NCBI GenBank assembly: GCA_002633005.1
Contig: NMRA01000141.1
Location: 545,609 to 609,608, forward strand
DNA: 64,000 bases
Origin: Phoronis australis
Lineage: Eukaryota > Animalia > Phoronida
Direction of reading: 5' to 3'
The notes beneath the pieces were generated by a model. It was not told the DNA's origin. It was given only the letters and a program-made list of their open reading frames with translations, and searched no databases. How positions within the stretch are numbered: position 1 is the stretch's first letter; each line of letters begins with the position of its first letter. Below are positions 27,477 to 40,800 of the stretch, one piece after another. A program made the position numbers and the translations under genes.

Positions 27477-28748
27477 AAACAAGAGCAACGGGTTGTTTAT
27501 TTGTGTCAATAAAATGGCCACTAGATGGCGCAAAATACATCGAATCCGTCTGAAACCCAAAAAAGTGTCATCGTTTCTTTAAAAGAAAGCCATATACCAA
27601 TTTTAATTAAAATTCGCCGAGGAACTTCAGAGAAACAGAGGAAAACAAAAAACGAAATTGCCACCAGGGGACACAGCGTTCATCAGATCAGTCTAAAAGT
27701 TGTCATGTCTTCTCTTGTTAACTTCATATAAATGCACGTGCTAAATTTAATAAAGATACTGCAGAGGGCTTACGAGATACAGGTATAAGTGCAAAAAACA
27801 AAACCGCCACTAGGAGGTGCCACAGTAGTCGAAGTCATCAGAAAATCATCGGCAACCATCCCCTTCATAGAAAGTACCAACATGCTAACTTTCACAATCA
27901 TCCTTAGAGTGGCTTGGATGACAGAGGGACGAACCCTACAAAACAGACTCAAAAACAACAAAAATGGCCACTAGGTGGCGTAAAAAACCTTGAATCAATC
28001 TGAAGATGAATGGCTAGCGTTAACTCACTAATAGATGTCTATGTGCTAAATTTTATGGAAATCTGTTGAGTACCTTTGAAGACACAGCGATAAACATAAA
28101 AAACTAAAATTGCCACTAGGGGGCACACCACTAGACCAATCTGTCCGAAAGTCGTCATCGTCGTCTGTTGTCTACACTTGGTAAATTTAAAAAAGCTCCT
28201 GTAGAGCATTTAGGAGATAAAGCCATGGGTGCAAAAACAAACAAAACGACCACTAGGAGGAGCCACAGTAGTCGAAGTCCTCGGAAAATCATCGTCAACT
28301 GTATTCTTCATAGTAAGACCATACATGCCAATTTTCACAATCATCCTTAGAGTGGTCTGGTTGTTAGAGGGACGGACGCCAAAAAAACGACTCAAAAATA
28401 GTAAAAATGGCCACTAGATGACGCAAAATCCATCGAAACAATCCAAAAACGGGAGGATAGCGTCAACCCATTAATAGATGCCTATGTACCAAATTTCATG
28501 AAAATCGGTTGTAGACATTTGAAGATACAGAGGCAAACATAAAAAACTAAAATTGCCACTACGGGGCACAGCGGTATTCGGGTCGGTCCGAAACTCGTCC
28601 CCCTCAGTCATAGACCCCATAGGAACACACCTGCTAAATTTCAATACGATCCTGCAAGGGGCTTAGGAGATACAGCCATGGACGCCAGACGCCCAGACAG
28701 AGATGACGGCAATATGCAACCACATATAAATATGTGGGCGCATAAAAA
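27477..28748 (+). mobile_element. HINE/DINE-1-like element, copy B (both ends present), 8 internal ~145-160 bp units
   Basis: 5' AAACAAGAG, tandem core units, short GAC(G/A)-type microsatellite (GACGCCAGACGCCCAGACAG), 3' hairpin CACATATAAATATGTG followed by GGCGCATAAAAA. Confidence 0.75.
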
Positions 28749-30155
28749 GCACATAACAACTAATTCAACCCAAACAAAGAGGAAGTAGAGGGGTTTGATC
28801 ATTCTAATTTGAAGTTGATTATCTTTTGCCTAAAATGGTGCTTACAGAGCTGTTAACATCTGAAGTTGCAAGGCTTCATCATGGGAATGAGACCACAGCA
28901 AAGCATAAGCCAAAGGACATTGTCATATCTTTCACCATCTACGATGCTAGTTTTTATAGTGAATGTCTACAGAGAGAAAGTGAGTGAGTAAAAGGTAAAT
29001 AGGTTTCAGAAGAGACTTTTGTGTTTACTGTAGGACACAAAAAAATTCAACTGATGCTATTCAGATGTCACTACAAACTTTGCTAGTGCCATGAAAACTT
29101 CGTCAACAGCTTTGTACAAGAACCACAGTCATCAAGACAACAATATATCAGGAACACTGACCTGAGATCTTTTTGTGTGTGAACCAAGGCAATGAGGCAT
29201 TAGCCATGACTTTACAAGACTAAAATACTGGCTGAAATGAACTACAACATCATACCCCAAGATGAGTGATTTGCTAACTGACATTGAATTCCTTGTGAAA
29301 AGAAAGTTTAGAATAACTTTCCCCAAAGAAACAATAACAAATTTTCCATAAATAATGTATTCATCCTGGAAGATTATCGGCGTCAGTCCCGATTCGGGAC
29401 AAAAGACCAGAAGCACGAATGGACAAGAATGGTTAAGACTGATACCTGTCATCTAAAGTTGAAACTAAGAGAGAGATATTTATAAAATTTGATAGGTTTA
29501 TGTCAAAACATTCCTATATTATGACAGGTTTATATACAATCTGGAAATGTAAACAAAGCTAACAACCATGGAGCCTGAGTCACAACACTTCCAACACAAT
29601 GGGAGTCACTGCTGACCTTTGACCTTCCAGTCAGTACAGCTGGCTCTGACTAGATAAACAACTGAAATGCTTTCCTTCCACCACAAATTTCACATTCTGC
29701 TGTCATTAAACACAGTCTGAGTCACTTCCTGGCAGAGGTTAGTAAGATGAATAAAGCTCAGCCATAATGGAATGCTCAGTTTACGCTAATTATCAGTGAG
29801 GTCAAGTATGACTGAGTTTGTTAAACCAAAAAACCAGTTATCACTAAGATCATATCAGCTCACAAGCTCAATAGCTGAGGAGTTATAACGTAAAAGCTTA
29901 CCCAAGGAAGTTGGCAAATTTATGATCTGACAAAATTTCTTTTGTTTTGCATTTCGTCCTGTTTATTTTAGGTGGCTAAAAAGCGAAAATCAAATTAAAC
30001 CTTTTACTCTCATAAAACCAGTGTGTAATATTTATTTTTGTCCAGCTTAACAGGACAAAATACACCTTTAAGTTTTTAGTGACAAATGGCTCCACACTGT
30101 GGAGTTCATACGAACAAGGTCACATGCCCAAATAATCGTACTAACATCAGGTTAA

Positions 30156-30550
30156 AGTTGAACTTGCAGGCTAATTCCTCATCTCCGTGATTGCTTGGCC
30201 AAATTGGTTAGAAACACAACATATAGCACCAATATGAATATGAGGAAGGTTGAAAATTGTCAAATGTTTTTAAGAAAGAGTTTTGTGCCGAAAATGATGC
30301 ACAGCAAATCACTGAACCGTGTCCAGTAAGTATCGTGACGTGGTGTTGGGGAATAACACAGCATGACGCAGACTAAGTGAGCTCGCAAGGTACGTCATTA
30401 GTACAAAGATCACCTAATTGCAGATTTTTTCACATTTACAAGTTGTCAGTGAATACAACTGCTCTTTGCTTAGTGTAGATGACGTTCAAATAGCAATGTC
30501 GTTAAGTTCCTGCTAAACATTAACATAGTTAGGAGCATGCAAATACGTCT
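30156..30550 (+). mobile_element. Kolobok-like MITE, copy 2
   Basis: TTAA|AGTTGAACTTGCAGGCT ... AGCATGCAAATACGTCT|TCAA; colinear with 24198-24572. Confidence 0.8.
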
Positions 30551-31279
30551 TCAAAGGAACTGACTGCAGAGAATAGCCATCTTTCCTCTCATGGATGTAC
30601 AGAGTCCTCATTAACGATGTTCCCATGTATTTTGGAATCTCAGAAATATTTCAAGAAAAAATACTTAACTGCACAAACAGTCGTGTTCCAAAGGATTCAT
30701 GAATACCAGAAAGTTACAAATGTTGCCCCTATTGTCAGACACTGACACTACACAGTGCAGTACAATGTGCCATCACCAGTGAAACAGATATAATAATCGT
30801 AACTTTGATTAAATCAACAAATCATGTAGGTCATGAATAATTATCCTGGTATTAATTCAGCAAAATTTGGTGGAACGCAGAATCAAGGCAAATTCATGCC
30901 ACACTGCAAAATGCAAACATTTTTCCTCATCAATACAATTGAAGAGATGAATTTCTTCTTATGCAGTCTAATCCTAATCAAATGAAAACAATAACAGCAG
31001 CGTCACAAATGTTGCAAGTGAATAAATAGTCCGTCCCGTAAAAATGCTTGCATTGGCAGCACAACTTTGTTCCTTATCACACAATTGAAACCATGATCAA
31101 TTCAGAGGTCAAACCAAGGGATCACAAATTGAATACTGAGTGCCTCATTGTTTCCTCAAAAACCAGAGTTGTACCTAGTTAATCAACGCTATACTTGCTC
31201 ATTCATCTTGTCAAAGACCAGCTTAAATACTTGTTGACGTCATATCTCCTGGTGTGCGCATAGTTAAAAATGACCAGAT

Positions 31280-31480
31280 TAGCCAAATTATGCCTAACAC
31301 TGATTAAAACATCAACGTCACGTTGTTATAAGTACCTTTTGCGCATAGAGGGACACCTTAGGAGATCGTCGATGTCTTTAATTCCTTTCAACTCGCACAA
31401 ATACTCCAGTAATCAAACTTTTTCTTCTAGCAGTCCTTCGTTCAGTTGGCCAAATCAGCAACTGGCCATTTTTAACATTG
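31280..31480 (+). mobile_element. Solo arm of the ATAGGC-terminated MITE family
   Basis: Homologous to 18212-18440 and 41510-41717. Confidence 0.65.
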
Positions 31481-32279
31481 TGAGCGATCCTGACAGGCAC
31501 GGTGAAAATGAGCTCTGATGTTCTAATCAATGTGAGGCACGGTTGGTCAAAAAAAGCTTCACTGTCTCCACTGAGGCCAGCTGGTCACTGTCTATACTGG
31601 GGCCAGCTAGAGACGGCACTGTCTTGCTGCAATCCTATTAAATATAATTCTCATCGCCTAAGAGTAAATTTCATCAGAATGACATGGGCTGCGCAGCACA
31701 GAAAAAAGGGGGGCTATAGCCCCAAACCCCCTAAGGTGCGCCGCCCATGAATGAGTAAATTATAAAGGCTATTGACAAGTAGTTTAGCATGCTTTATCTT
31801 CTTGGTTCAAGTGACCACACACTCTCAAGACTATTGTGCCACTGTATAACAATGACGATCAATAAAGACAAAAATATAAATATATAGGCCTACATAGTGG
31901 ACGTCACTTCAGAGATCCGTTAACATACAGCTAGGTCGTTTACAGACAGTAGGCCCTAGTAAGCGGGTGCCCCTGCCCAGGCACCCGACTGTTGTTAGTG
32001 TTATTTCACAGAGCACTGTCTTCAGGAAGCTTTGCTAACAAATATGTCGAGAGAAGAGGTCGATGCAATGAAGCCCGGAGAGATAACCCTGTATACGACC
32101 GCTCTAGAAAAGAATTTAATGCTTTTCCTCATACTTATTAAATTAAAAAAGCGCCTGGAAGTAGGCCTATTGTTAGCTTCAGCCTGGCGACTTCAAGTCT
32201 CGAGTCGACTCTCGGTGACCACCTGGTCCAAGAATAAAGAATACACGAAATTTATCGAATGAAAGTAATAAACACATAC

Positions 32280-32440
32280 CGTAATATGATTGAGTGGCAA
32301 ATTGTTGTTGTTTCTGGTGACGTTGGGCCACGATAAAGCCCGCTGACAAACACAATCTCCCAATAAGTTGGAGACGTTCTCTATTCTCCCAAAAATGGCG
32401 ATTCCTACTAATCTGGTGACGTCACAGGAAGGGTGCTCCT
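32280..32440 (-). promoter_or_regulatory. Probable non-coding first exon and promoter of the integrin beta gene
   Basis: The ATG exon has a splice acceptor only 12 nt upstream of the ATG (exon starts 25520), so an upstream exon is required. There is a minus-strand donor G|GTATGT at 32280 in a CpG-richer zone. Nearby are a YY1-like AAAATGGCG (32392-32400), a CRE palindrome TGACGTCA (32417-32424) and an ETS-like CAGGAAG. Confidence 0.5.
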
Positions 32441-32700
32441 CGGCCGCTTAAGAAAATCAAAATCACTGAATGAAGAGGGCTGGGGAGTGCCCGGCCCTCA
32501 GCACCGATCAGAGCGGGTCGGCAAACATAGAGAAAAATGAAACTACAAAAAGGCCGTAAAGTAGATTCGAAGATTTCTCTATAGATCTGTTCCTGCATTT
32601 CAAGTCCTTTGAAACAAACAAGCACTAGTGGAACCCTGCTCACACTTCACAGTGCCTTCCTCTAGCTGCTGGTCGGCTGGCCGGCGGGAGCCGCGGCATA

Positions 32701-33008
32701 CCGGGGTCACTCACATTGTGAAGGAGTCCGCACGGGTACCAAAAATTGCGGGTAGACGGTACTTTTTCAGCAAGTTTTGGGGCCCCTAAATTTCCACTTC
32801 GTCCCCGTAAAAATCCCTACATTTGCCTCAGCCTCACACTAGAAGGCGCCGGCGCCGGACTGTCCGTCCCCGGCCTGCATGCACTGAGAAAAATCTACCC
32901 TGCAAGAGGAGGTGGAAATAAGCAGACATGGCACTCGCAATAAGGAGTCTCTCAGCAATTTTGGCACACACCTGCGGGCACCTGGTTGTCTGAGTGCCCC
33001 CCTCCGGG
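32701..33008. mobile_element. GC-rich MITE-like element upstream of the putative integrin promoter
   Basis: Ends CCGGGGTCACTCA ... TGAGTGCCCCCCTCCGGG are imperfect inverted repeats. Confidence 0.45.
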
Positions 33009-34999
33009 AGGAGCGTAGTTAACCGCGCAATATTATTTTGCTACTCAGAGTCCCGCCACGACGTCATTGTTGTCGGGCCCACCGACCTGGGCATATGAGG
33101 CCAACCTGGTTCAGGCACTCAATTGATACTTAATTGTTATTAATTAATTGACATCACAGTCTAATAAGGGCTTATTAAGCCACAAAGAAGAATCTTATTA
33201 ATCAGTGAATTTAATCTATAGGCCCTACCAACTGCCAATATAATGCACACCAGAGACCCCGGGTTAATCAGAGGAACAATTTTTAGCGGTGACGAGACTA
33301 AAATTTAATTTACACAAGTTTATAACTACTTTAAGAAAATGTGAAATACTAAGCCTTGTAGGCCTTCTAATTTTGTAGTCATTTACTGAGTAACACCAGT
33401 ACAGCGCAGTTTTGAAAAAAGACCACATGAAGTTGGGTTGTCCACCACGGCGCATAAAGCGGGCGTGGTATTTTGAGTGCGCGCAACATGGTTTCAAAAA
33501 ATAATCAACTGTCCGTTCTTTGCAAACCCAGGTATCATGAATTTTTACGTTATGATATTCGATCCGCTAAATAACTAGAAAACCAATTTCGGCTCACTAC
33601 ATACTTGTAGTTAGTAGTCGTACTCTGAATTTCACGCGCCATTTCTTAATTCTGCTGATGCCCCGACATTTCACCTGGACGTCGCGTATTTTCAGACTTG
33701 TGTCCACCGCGGCCACAGGATTCTATTGATCAAATTTGAGCTCATGTAAGTGTGATGGATTTGTATACACCGTTTATATGCTCATGCGCAAGATGGCCTG
33801 TTTGGGGTGCGGCAAATGAATTATCTCTTACAATTAAGGAAGCGTATTTGACCTATTCCGCACTCGACCTTGTTTATTCAAAATTACACAAAGCTAAATT
33901 TTGCCATCCGAATTAGCATTCGTATTCTCATGTGGGCGTTAGAAATGGCGATAGGACCTGTTTCCATCATCAAAAATCACATCGAAAGCATCAGCGAATT
34001 AAGAAAAATGCTCCAGAGTTCATTGGGGTGGCCTACCCTAAAATTGAGAAATCAAAAATGCCGCATACGCATCGCCTGGGACTTGAGTTGTCGGCTTATT
34101 CGGCAATGAATTCAACTGAAGGTCGGACGAGGTTTTAAAAAGCACCTTAGTTAATAATTCAACGTTGGCAACCGAACAGCTGCGAGATGCAGCACAACCG
34201 TTGAATCACACCGGCGCTACGAATCCTGCCTAGGCAAAATGTTTCCTGTGATCAAAGTTATAACCAAGGGTAATTCTGTGCAATTAAAGAGTGTTTTAGA
34301 AGAGGGGAGGTTAAAGGTTTTATTTCTAAAAAGACAATATTGATGCGCCCGGTTCACTAAAACAATAAGTGGGTAAAGTAAAATGAACTACACGCTAGTA
34401 GGTTGATGCGCTTGAACCTAAAAAGTGCATTTTCTTCACATTTCACTTATGTTAGAGCACGGGGTCACCCCTTCTATATAAGAACGTCTTTTAAGAAAAC
34501 TGGATGATTTCTTTGTGTGACATGGTCAAATTTTCCACTTGAATAGTTAGAGAAACTGAATACAAGTGAAATCTAGTTTTCTAAGGCTGATCACATTACA
34601 AAGCGGCATTAAACGCGTGCATTCTGTTATAAAAGGTTTTCATTTAGAGCAATAGCGGTTACAAAATTGACATTGTCGTGACTCGTGATCCTCACTCAGT
34701 TTAATACTGACCTATAGACTTGGGGAGGATTGAAAATTCGTCATTTCTTCAAACCAGGTTTATAAAATGACAGGTCACGCCGTGTCAATCCTTTCGAAGA
34801 CCAGACATGACACTTTTTGGGCTAAGGAATAAATTCAGACAAATTTCTTAACCAAAAAATGACAAAATCATTTTTGACGCATTTAAATAATTGATTTCCA
34901 TAGGTCCATAGGAATACAGGCACGTTGATGTATATATGTACCAATGAGTCTCAGTGTGTGGACATCCATGTTGTTATGAAAACTAAGAATAACAAAGCC

Positions 35000-36330
35000 C
35001 GGTTGATGCAATTGGTATGATTTACAGAAGTCCGTTGAACTGTATACGATTAAATGGCACTCTGTATAGTGGTTGGTTCACTCCTGACAATGGTGTTCGT
35101 CAGGGGGAAGTTTTATCACCGACACTCTCTGCTTCATATATATAAATGACTTAGCTCTGCAAATTAAAAAATTGGGTAAAGTTGTCAAATGTGGCCCGAA
35201 CAATATTTCAGTGCTTCTTTATGCCGACGGTATTGCACTTTTGTCTGAGAACGAAAATGACATGCACGACGTTGAAGGTTTTACTGAACAATTGGTGTAA
35301 AAAATGGAGAATGGTTGTAAACATGGCAAAAACTAATGTTGTCCATTTTCGAGTTAAGTCTATGCCTAGAAGCAATTTTGAATTTATTCTAAACAGTGTC
35401 ATTAGTTATAAATCCTCGTACAAATATTTATTCTGTATTCTAGATAAACAACTTTTGACTTCAAAGAAAGTTTGAATACATTATCTGAAATTCTGGTAGC
35501 GTTATGGAAGATATGCTCAACATTTCGTGTTAACAAGAATCTAGGATTCGAAACATTTAAAACATTATTTAAAACGTGTGCGGCACCAATTTTGAATTAC
35601 AGATCGTCTGTTTGGGGTTACAAAATTTTTGGTAATGATGAAAATGACTATTCAAAACCGAGCTATGCGTTTTTATCTAGGGGTCAACCAGCCCATCACG
35701 CCGTTAGTGGTGACATGGGGTGGGACTCGACAGGAAACACATTTAAATTGAATATGTTGGTCTTTGGAACAAGTTAGTGGCCACACGTGATGATAGGTTA
35801 TTGAAAAAGGTGTTTCTAGGGGAGAAATGGTTGGATAGACGGTATCAAAAAATTAACATAATGGGCATGCAATCCTGTTTTCAGAATGTGACTACTTGTA
35901 ACATGGTAGATGCTAGAAACAAACTATTTGAATACTCGAAGCATGTTTGGGCTGAGTCTGTTGTAACAAAACCCAATTTAAGAACCTACATTTTATTTAA
36001 GCATGAGTTTTTAACTGAACCGTATGTAAAGCTTGATTTATATCGTTCCGAGCGACCTCTCTTGACTCAGTTTAGAACAGGAAATCTCCCATTGCACTTG
36101 GAAACTGGTCGTTATGTAAAGACTCCTGAAAGTGAAAGAGTTTGTTTTGTGACACTGATTATGTGGAGGATGAGCTACATTTTGTGTTTGATTGTTCTAT
36201 TTATATCTCGCGGAAGTCCATTCTATTTCATGTTTCATTTCAATCTCTGAACTTTTCAGATTTCAGATTAGATATGTAACTGCTGTTTCAGTGTTTCCCA
36301 GGCAATTGGACAAATATATCAATTCTGCAT
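35000..36330 (+). pseudogene. 5'-truncated, frameshifted non-LTR retrotransposon (LINE ORF2: RT plus C-terminal Cys/His motif; RTE-X-like)
   Basis: Across frames: CIRLNG..GWF..NGVRQGEVLSPTL, INDL, LLYADG (YADD site mutated), WCKKWRMVVNMAKT, YKYL, LRTYILFK, QFRTGNLPLHLETGRY..ERVC, VEDELHFVFDC. The clade assignment is tentative. Confidence 0.88.
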
Positions 36331-37856
36331 TTATGATACATCTGAGCTGTATGGTTAAAGTGACTAAGTGGGTTGTGCCACTTATTTTTCTTATGAATGT
36401 TACACCTATAACTGTTTGAATTAATTGTACTTGATAAATACACTACAATACAGTATATTGTGACCAACAAGAAAGCAACGAGGATGCAAGCTGTCAAGTG
36501 TCTATCATATGTTCAAAAACAGTTTTGTTGAACATGACAAAATCAATGCAGTTATGCTTAGGATAACATTCCATCAAAAAAGCAAACCACTTTACATGCT
36601 ATAAAATGTGTCTCAGCTTGTCCCTTACTCATGGTAGAAATGATTTCAAAGCTGTTGTAAAGAACTGACAATTCCTCATTCCTTTAGAGCATGCTCCGGG
36701 GTAAAATGACCTGTTGTGACAAACCAACTTATACAGCCTGGTCTCAAGCAATACCAACTGTTAATTCTTTCGAACCCTTGGAATAACCACAAATTTGACT
36801 AGGAAACAATTTGAGACCAATTTCATAACAGTCAATGGCCTAAATCAAAAATTTCTTCTCTCAGGATGGAAGGCAGATCTATAGGTAATTTAAAGTAGCA
36901 ACCACCATACACATGAGAAGACTGATAACTGCAGATGTTACTTGCCAAATCCTTGTTACACCACAATTCAAAGAGCAAGACTGTCATGGTAACAAAATGG
37001 TCACATAGAGCCAGTCTTATGAAGATGGTTGCACACACTAATTGCACATGGGTGCTCTGTTCATTTACCTGGCTACACCAGCTTCACATGTACAAGAATG
37101 TTCCAGAACACATTTCTAACAAATGTTCAGCCCATAACTGATGCATGCTGGGATAGATTTGAATGACAAATTGCGAAGTGTAAATTTAAATATTGTAATG
37201 TTGGCAGACAGCCTGCACATGTGAATTTGTTTGTGCGGGTGTGAACACGATAGTGTACATTCAAGGCACTTTAGAATGCAATATTACTGACTAAGGGCCT
37301 GTTTCATGGACGTATGCCAGAAATTGGGTCTTATGCTCCACACGACTATTTCTGAAATAACAAATGAATCTTACATGAGCAAAAGTGCAAAATTCTTTAG
37401 AGTATACCCACAAGTCCTACTAACTGAAGAACATGTTTTGATTATTTCTAGACTGTGATGCGCTTATAATTACGTGACAAAACCTTTATTAAGCAAAAAT
37501 AGGAGGGTAAGACCAAATTAATTTCTGTTTTAAGTCACATTTCACGAAACAGACCCCTGAACTATAAAGGATCAGCGTTTCAAACTGATGCAGCACACAA
37601 CGTGTCAGGTGTAAACCTATTCCGCACACTTTTTGCACACATGGCTTCCACATATTCCATCACGTGTAAGATCACACAGAGACTGAAACAGTGAGAATAC
37701 TGGTCCTCATGAACTTTCCCCACAGATTTTGTGGCACTGAGTGTCTGAGTACAGAAAGTGACTTGTACATCCCGTTGAGAAGTCAATGCAGATGTCTAAT
37801 GCGCCACCTACTGGTTGATCGTAAAGACACAAATTTGAAACTCGTCAGCAGCGATC

Positions 37857-40800
37857 TTAGGAATACTTGGAAGGCTGAATGCTCTCTTTCTTTTCCACTT
37901 GTTTATGAGCAATCTTATAGACAATTCTTCCACTGGAGTCAGGTGCCAGAGCAATCAGCGTAGAGACATGACCAGTTGGCTTGGCAACAGACATTGATAT
38001 AGACGCATCGGATAATTGAGATAGCATAGAGTGTGTCCTGGCATGACGCTTTAAGTGCAGCTTCAGGCTAGACTGACTTGTGAAGGTAACACCGCAAATC
38101 TCGCACGCCTCACTCTTTTCACCAGCATGCGTCTTCAAGTGACTGTTCAACTGCTTGCGTTCATAAAATTGACGACCACAGAGGTGGCAGAGGATGGTTT
38201 TGCACGTGGTGTGTCTTCGTTCGTGGAATACCAACTTACTCCTCTCTGCAAAGGATTTGTCACAAAACGGACACTTGTAGGGTTTTTCTCCCGTGTGAAT
38301 CCTGCGGTGCCTTACAAGACCATAACCTGTGGCAAATCCTTTACTGCAGGTTTCACATTTGTGTGGTTTCTCTCCAGAGTGCATAATCCGGTGACTATAC
38401 AATGCTGTCTCCTTGCTAAATGTCTTACCACACAGGCTACAGGAGAAGGATCTACCTCCAGTGTGGACTTTCCTGTGTGACTTGAGATCGGTTTTCGTGT
38501 GAAACCGTTCTTGGCATAAATCACACTTGTGCTTGCACGGCCTGTGAACTCTCCTCATGTGAAGTGTCAAGTACCAGGAGGAATTGGAGACAAATGTCTC
38601 GTTACAAATGGGACACGAATAGCTCGTTTTAAACTCTTTATGCGTCCTCAAGTGTTTATTCAAGTCTTTCAGATCACGAAAACCACCCACACAGATGGCA
38701 CAGCCAAACGAAGTCAGTTCAATATCATCCTGAGTTTCATCACCCTTATCACCAGTGGTACCCTCATGTTCCCGACTTCTTGGTTCAAGGTCTTTATATT
38801 CAAACATGTCTGTTCCATGTCCAGCCTCATCAACAGTGCTGCCCTCAAATGTCTGATCCCCAGGTTCAAGATCTTCATATTCATGTATGGCTGTTTCAAG
38901 TCCACCCTCATCAACAGTGACGGCTTCATTTGCCCGATTTCTATCCACTACACAGCAAGTATCTGTATCACCTAGGTAGCTAGGTTCTGGATAATTCACG
39001 CTGCTAGGCTTTGGATCAACTACACAGCTAGGTTCAGGATTAAGTACACAGGTAAGTTCTGAATCCACCAATCTGCTACGCTTTTGATCAGTCATTGCAC
39101 TAGATTCTGGATAAATCACACTGCTAGGTTCAGGATTGGCTATGCTGCCAGATGCTGGAGAGATCACTTCTGTTGACTCGTCACCCATCAAGATACTAGA
39201 ACCTGCTTTCCAGGAGTTACACAACTTTCTTCTCTCATTACAGTTTTTGATGTGGCATTCGAGTAGTACCACACTTGAAAACCCTAGACCGCAAGTTGAA
39301 CAGCCATAGGGTTTTTGAAGGTGAGGCGTTACTTTGTGGCTGACATCAGTGATACCAGCTTTGCAAGCCCTCTCTATGTTGTTTTCCTCTAGGCATTGTT
39401 GAGATGATTGTAGACTTCCTTTACTTTCAACATCTTTAGTCACTGGTGAAAGGCAACGTCGACTTGTACAGGGAATCCCAGACAATTTGGAGTTGTCGGT
39501 ACTTCTACCATGAACTTGTTCTGTAGTGTTTCTATTCACACGATCACAGTCTGGGTGACAGTTAGATGATACAGACTGTTCAGTTAGTTTGTCTAGACTT
39601 GGGGATACCCGACAGGTGACTACTGCCCGTTCAACTCCGACTTCCTTTTTTGCACAAAATTTCGCAGCCACTGGAAAAGAAAAACAAGTAAAGTTTTATA
39701 CAGATAATCTACTCTTCCACAAAGGGTCAAAAAACTACATAAAAATTTTTCAAAATTTGGGCTAGTCTCCACGAATTCTGCTATATTACATATATACAGA
39801 GGCCATGAATCTTGGAATGTAACAAGCAGGTTTTTTAACACCTGCACAACTACTTACAACCTAAAGTTGACCTACTTTGAGTGTTGTGATCGTGTCAATA
39901 GGTGGTATCCACTAGGCTGACATCATGGCCAGCTTACATCCGCCCAGATTGGTAAAGCAATAACACTATATAACACAGATGACCAACAGTGAGTGCTACC
40001 AAGATCCAAACCACAATGCTTTCCAAATAAACAACTTCAAAAAGAAATATTGGTCTTGGCCCGATATGAGCATAATTAGGTATTTTCAGATAGTGATGAT
40101 TTAGGGCAGCTCATTTGGTGTTATATGCCCGACTTTAAAAGTTATGTGTATTTCAACAATTGTCGCAAAATCTTTATTCAGTCAAGTGTGTTGCTCAATT
40201 TTCAAAATGTTCAGCAATATATATGCAATTTCCAAATAGTTGCTTCAAACAGGTGCCATTCATCATTAGATTTTTTTTCTAAAAATTAATGACTTTTTAT
40301 ATTAATTTCAAGGGAACAGCTCATTCTTTTGTTTTCCTTGACACAATAAGCCCATAAAAAATAAAAACATATCAAAACAGCCAGGGTCAGGTTAGGCAGT
40401 CTTCCTCTCTCATTTACACCATTCTCTTCTCACCAACCATTTTTCTTTTCTCAAACATTACAGTTTTTTATTTGCAAACAGCATTTCACGCAAGGATACC
40501 TAGTATGTGATCTGCAATGGAGGAAGACGGGCTATCCTAAATGTTGAGAGCATCAGAACTTTTCAACAGATAGGATATATGAACCATGATTGTATTTCTG
40601 CCAGCTAAATTTAAATCATTACCTGTAGGCTTATCTTTCGCAATGGACATGAAACGTAAGGACTTCTGAAGTATTTGTTTTTCCAACTCTACTCTCAAAC
40701 TTGCCAACACCTTCCACGTCAGCTCTGTTTGAGTCTTAAATAAAAGGTTTAAATCATGCCATAGATTTTCACTTATTTTGCATAAAAAGTAATTGTCAAA

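Noticed and set aside
27770-28417. Recurrent short ORFs containing STTVAPPSG / PLGGATVVE (also 50390-51057)
   Set aside because: Translations of the repeated DNA motif of the HINE-like element; frames are not maintained between units.
38055-38975. Plus-strand ORFs of 141 and 148 aa
   Set aside because: Antisense shadows of the zinc-finger exon.
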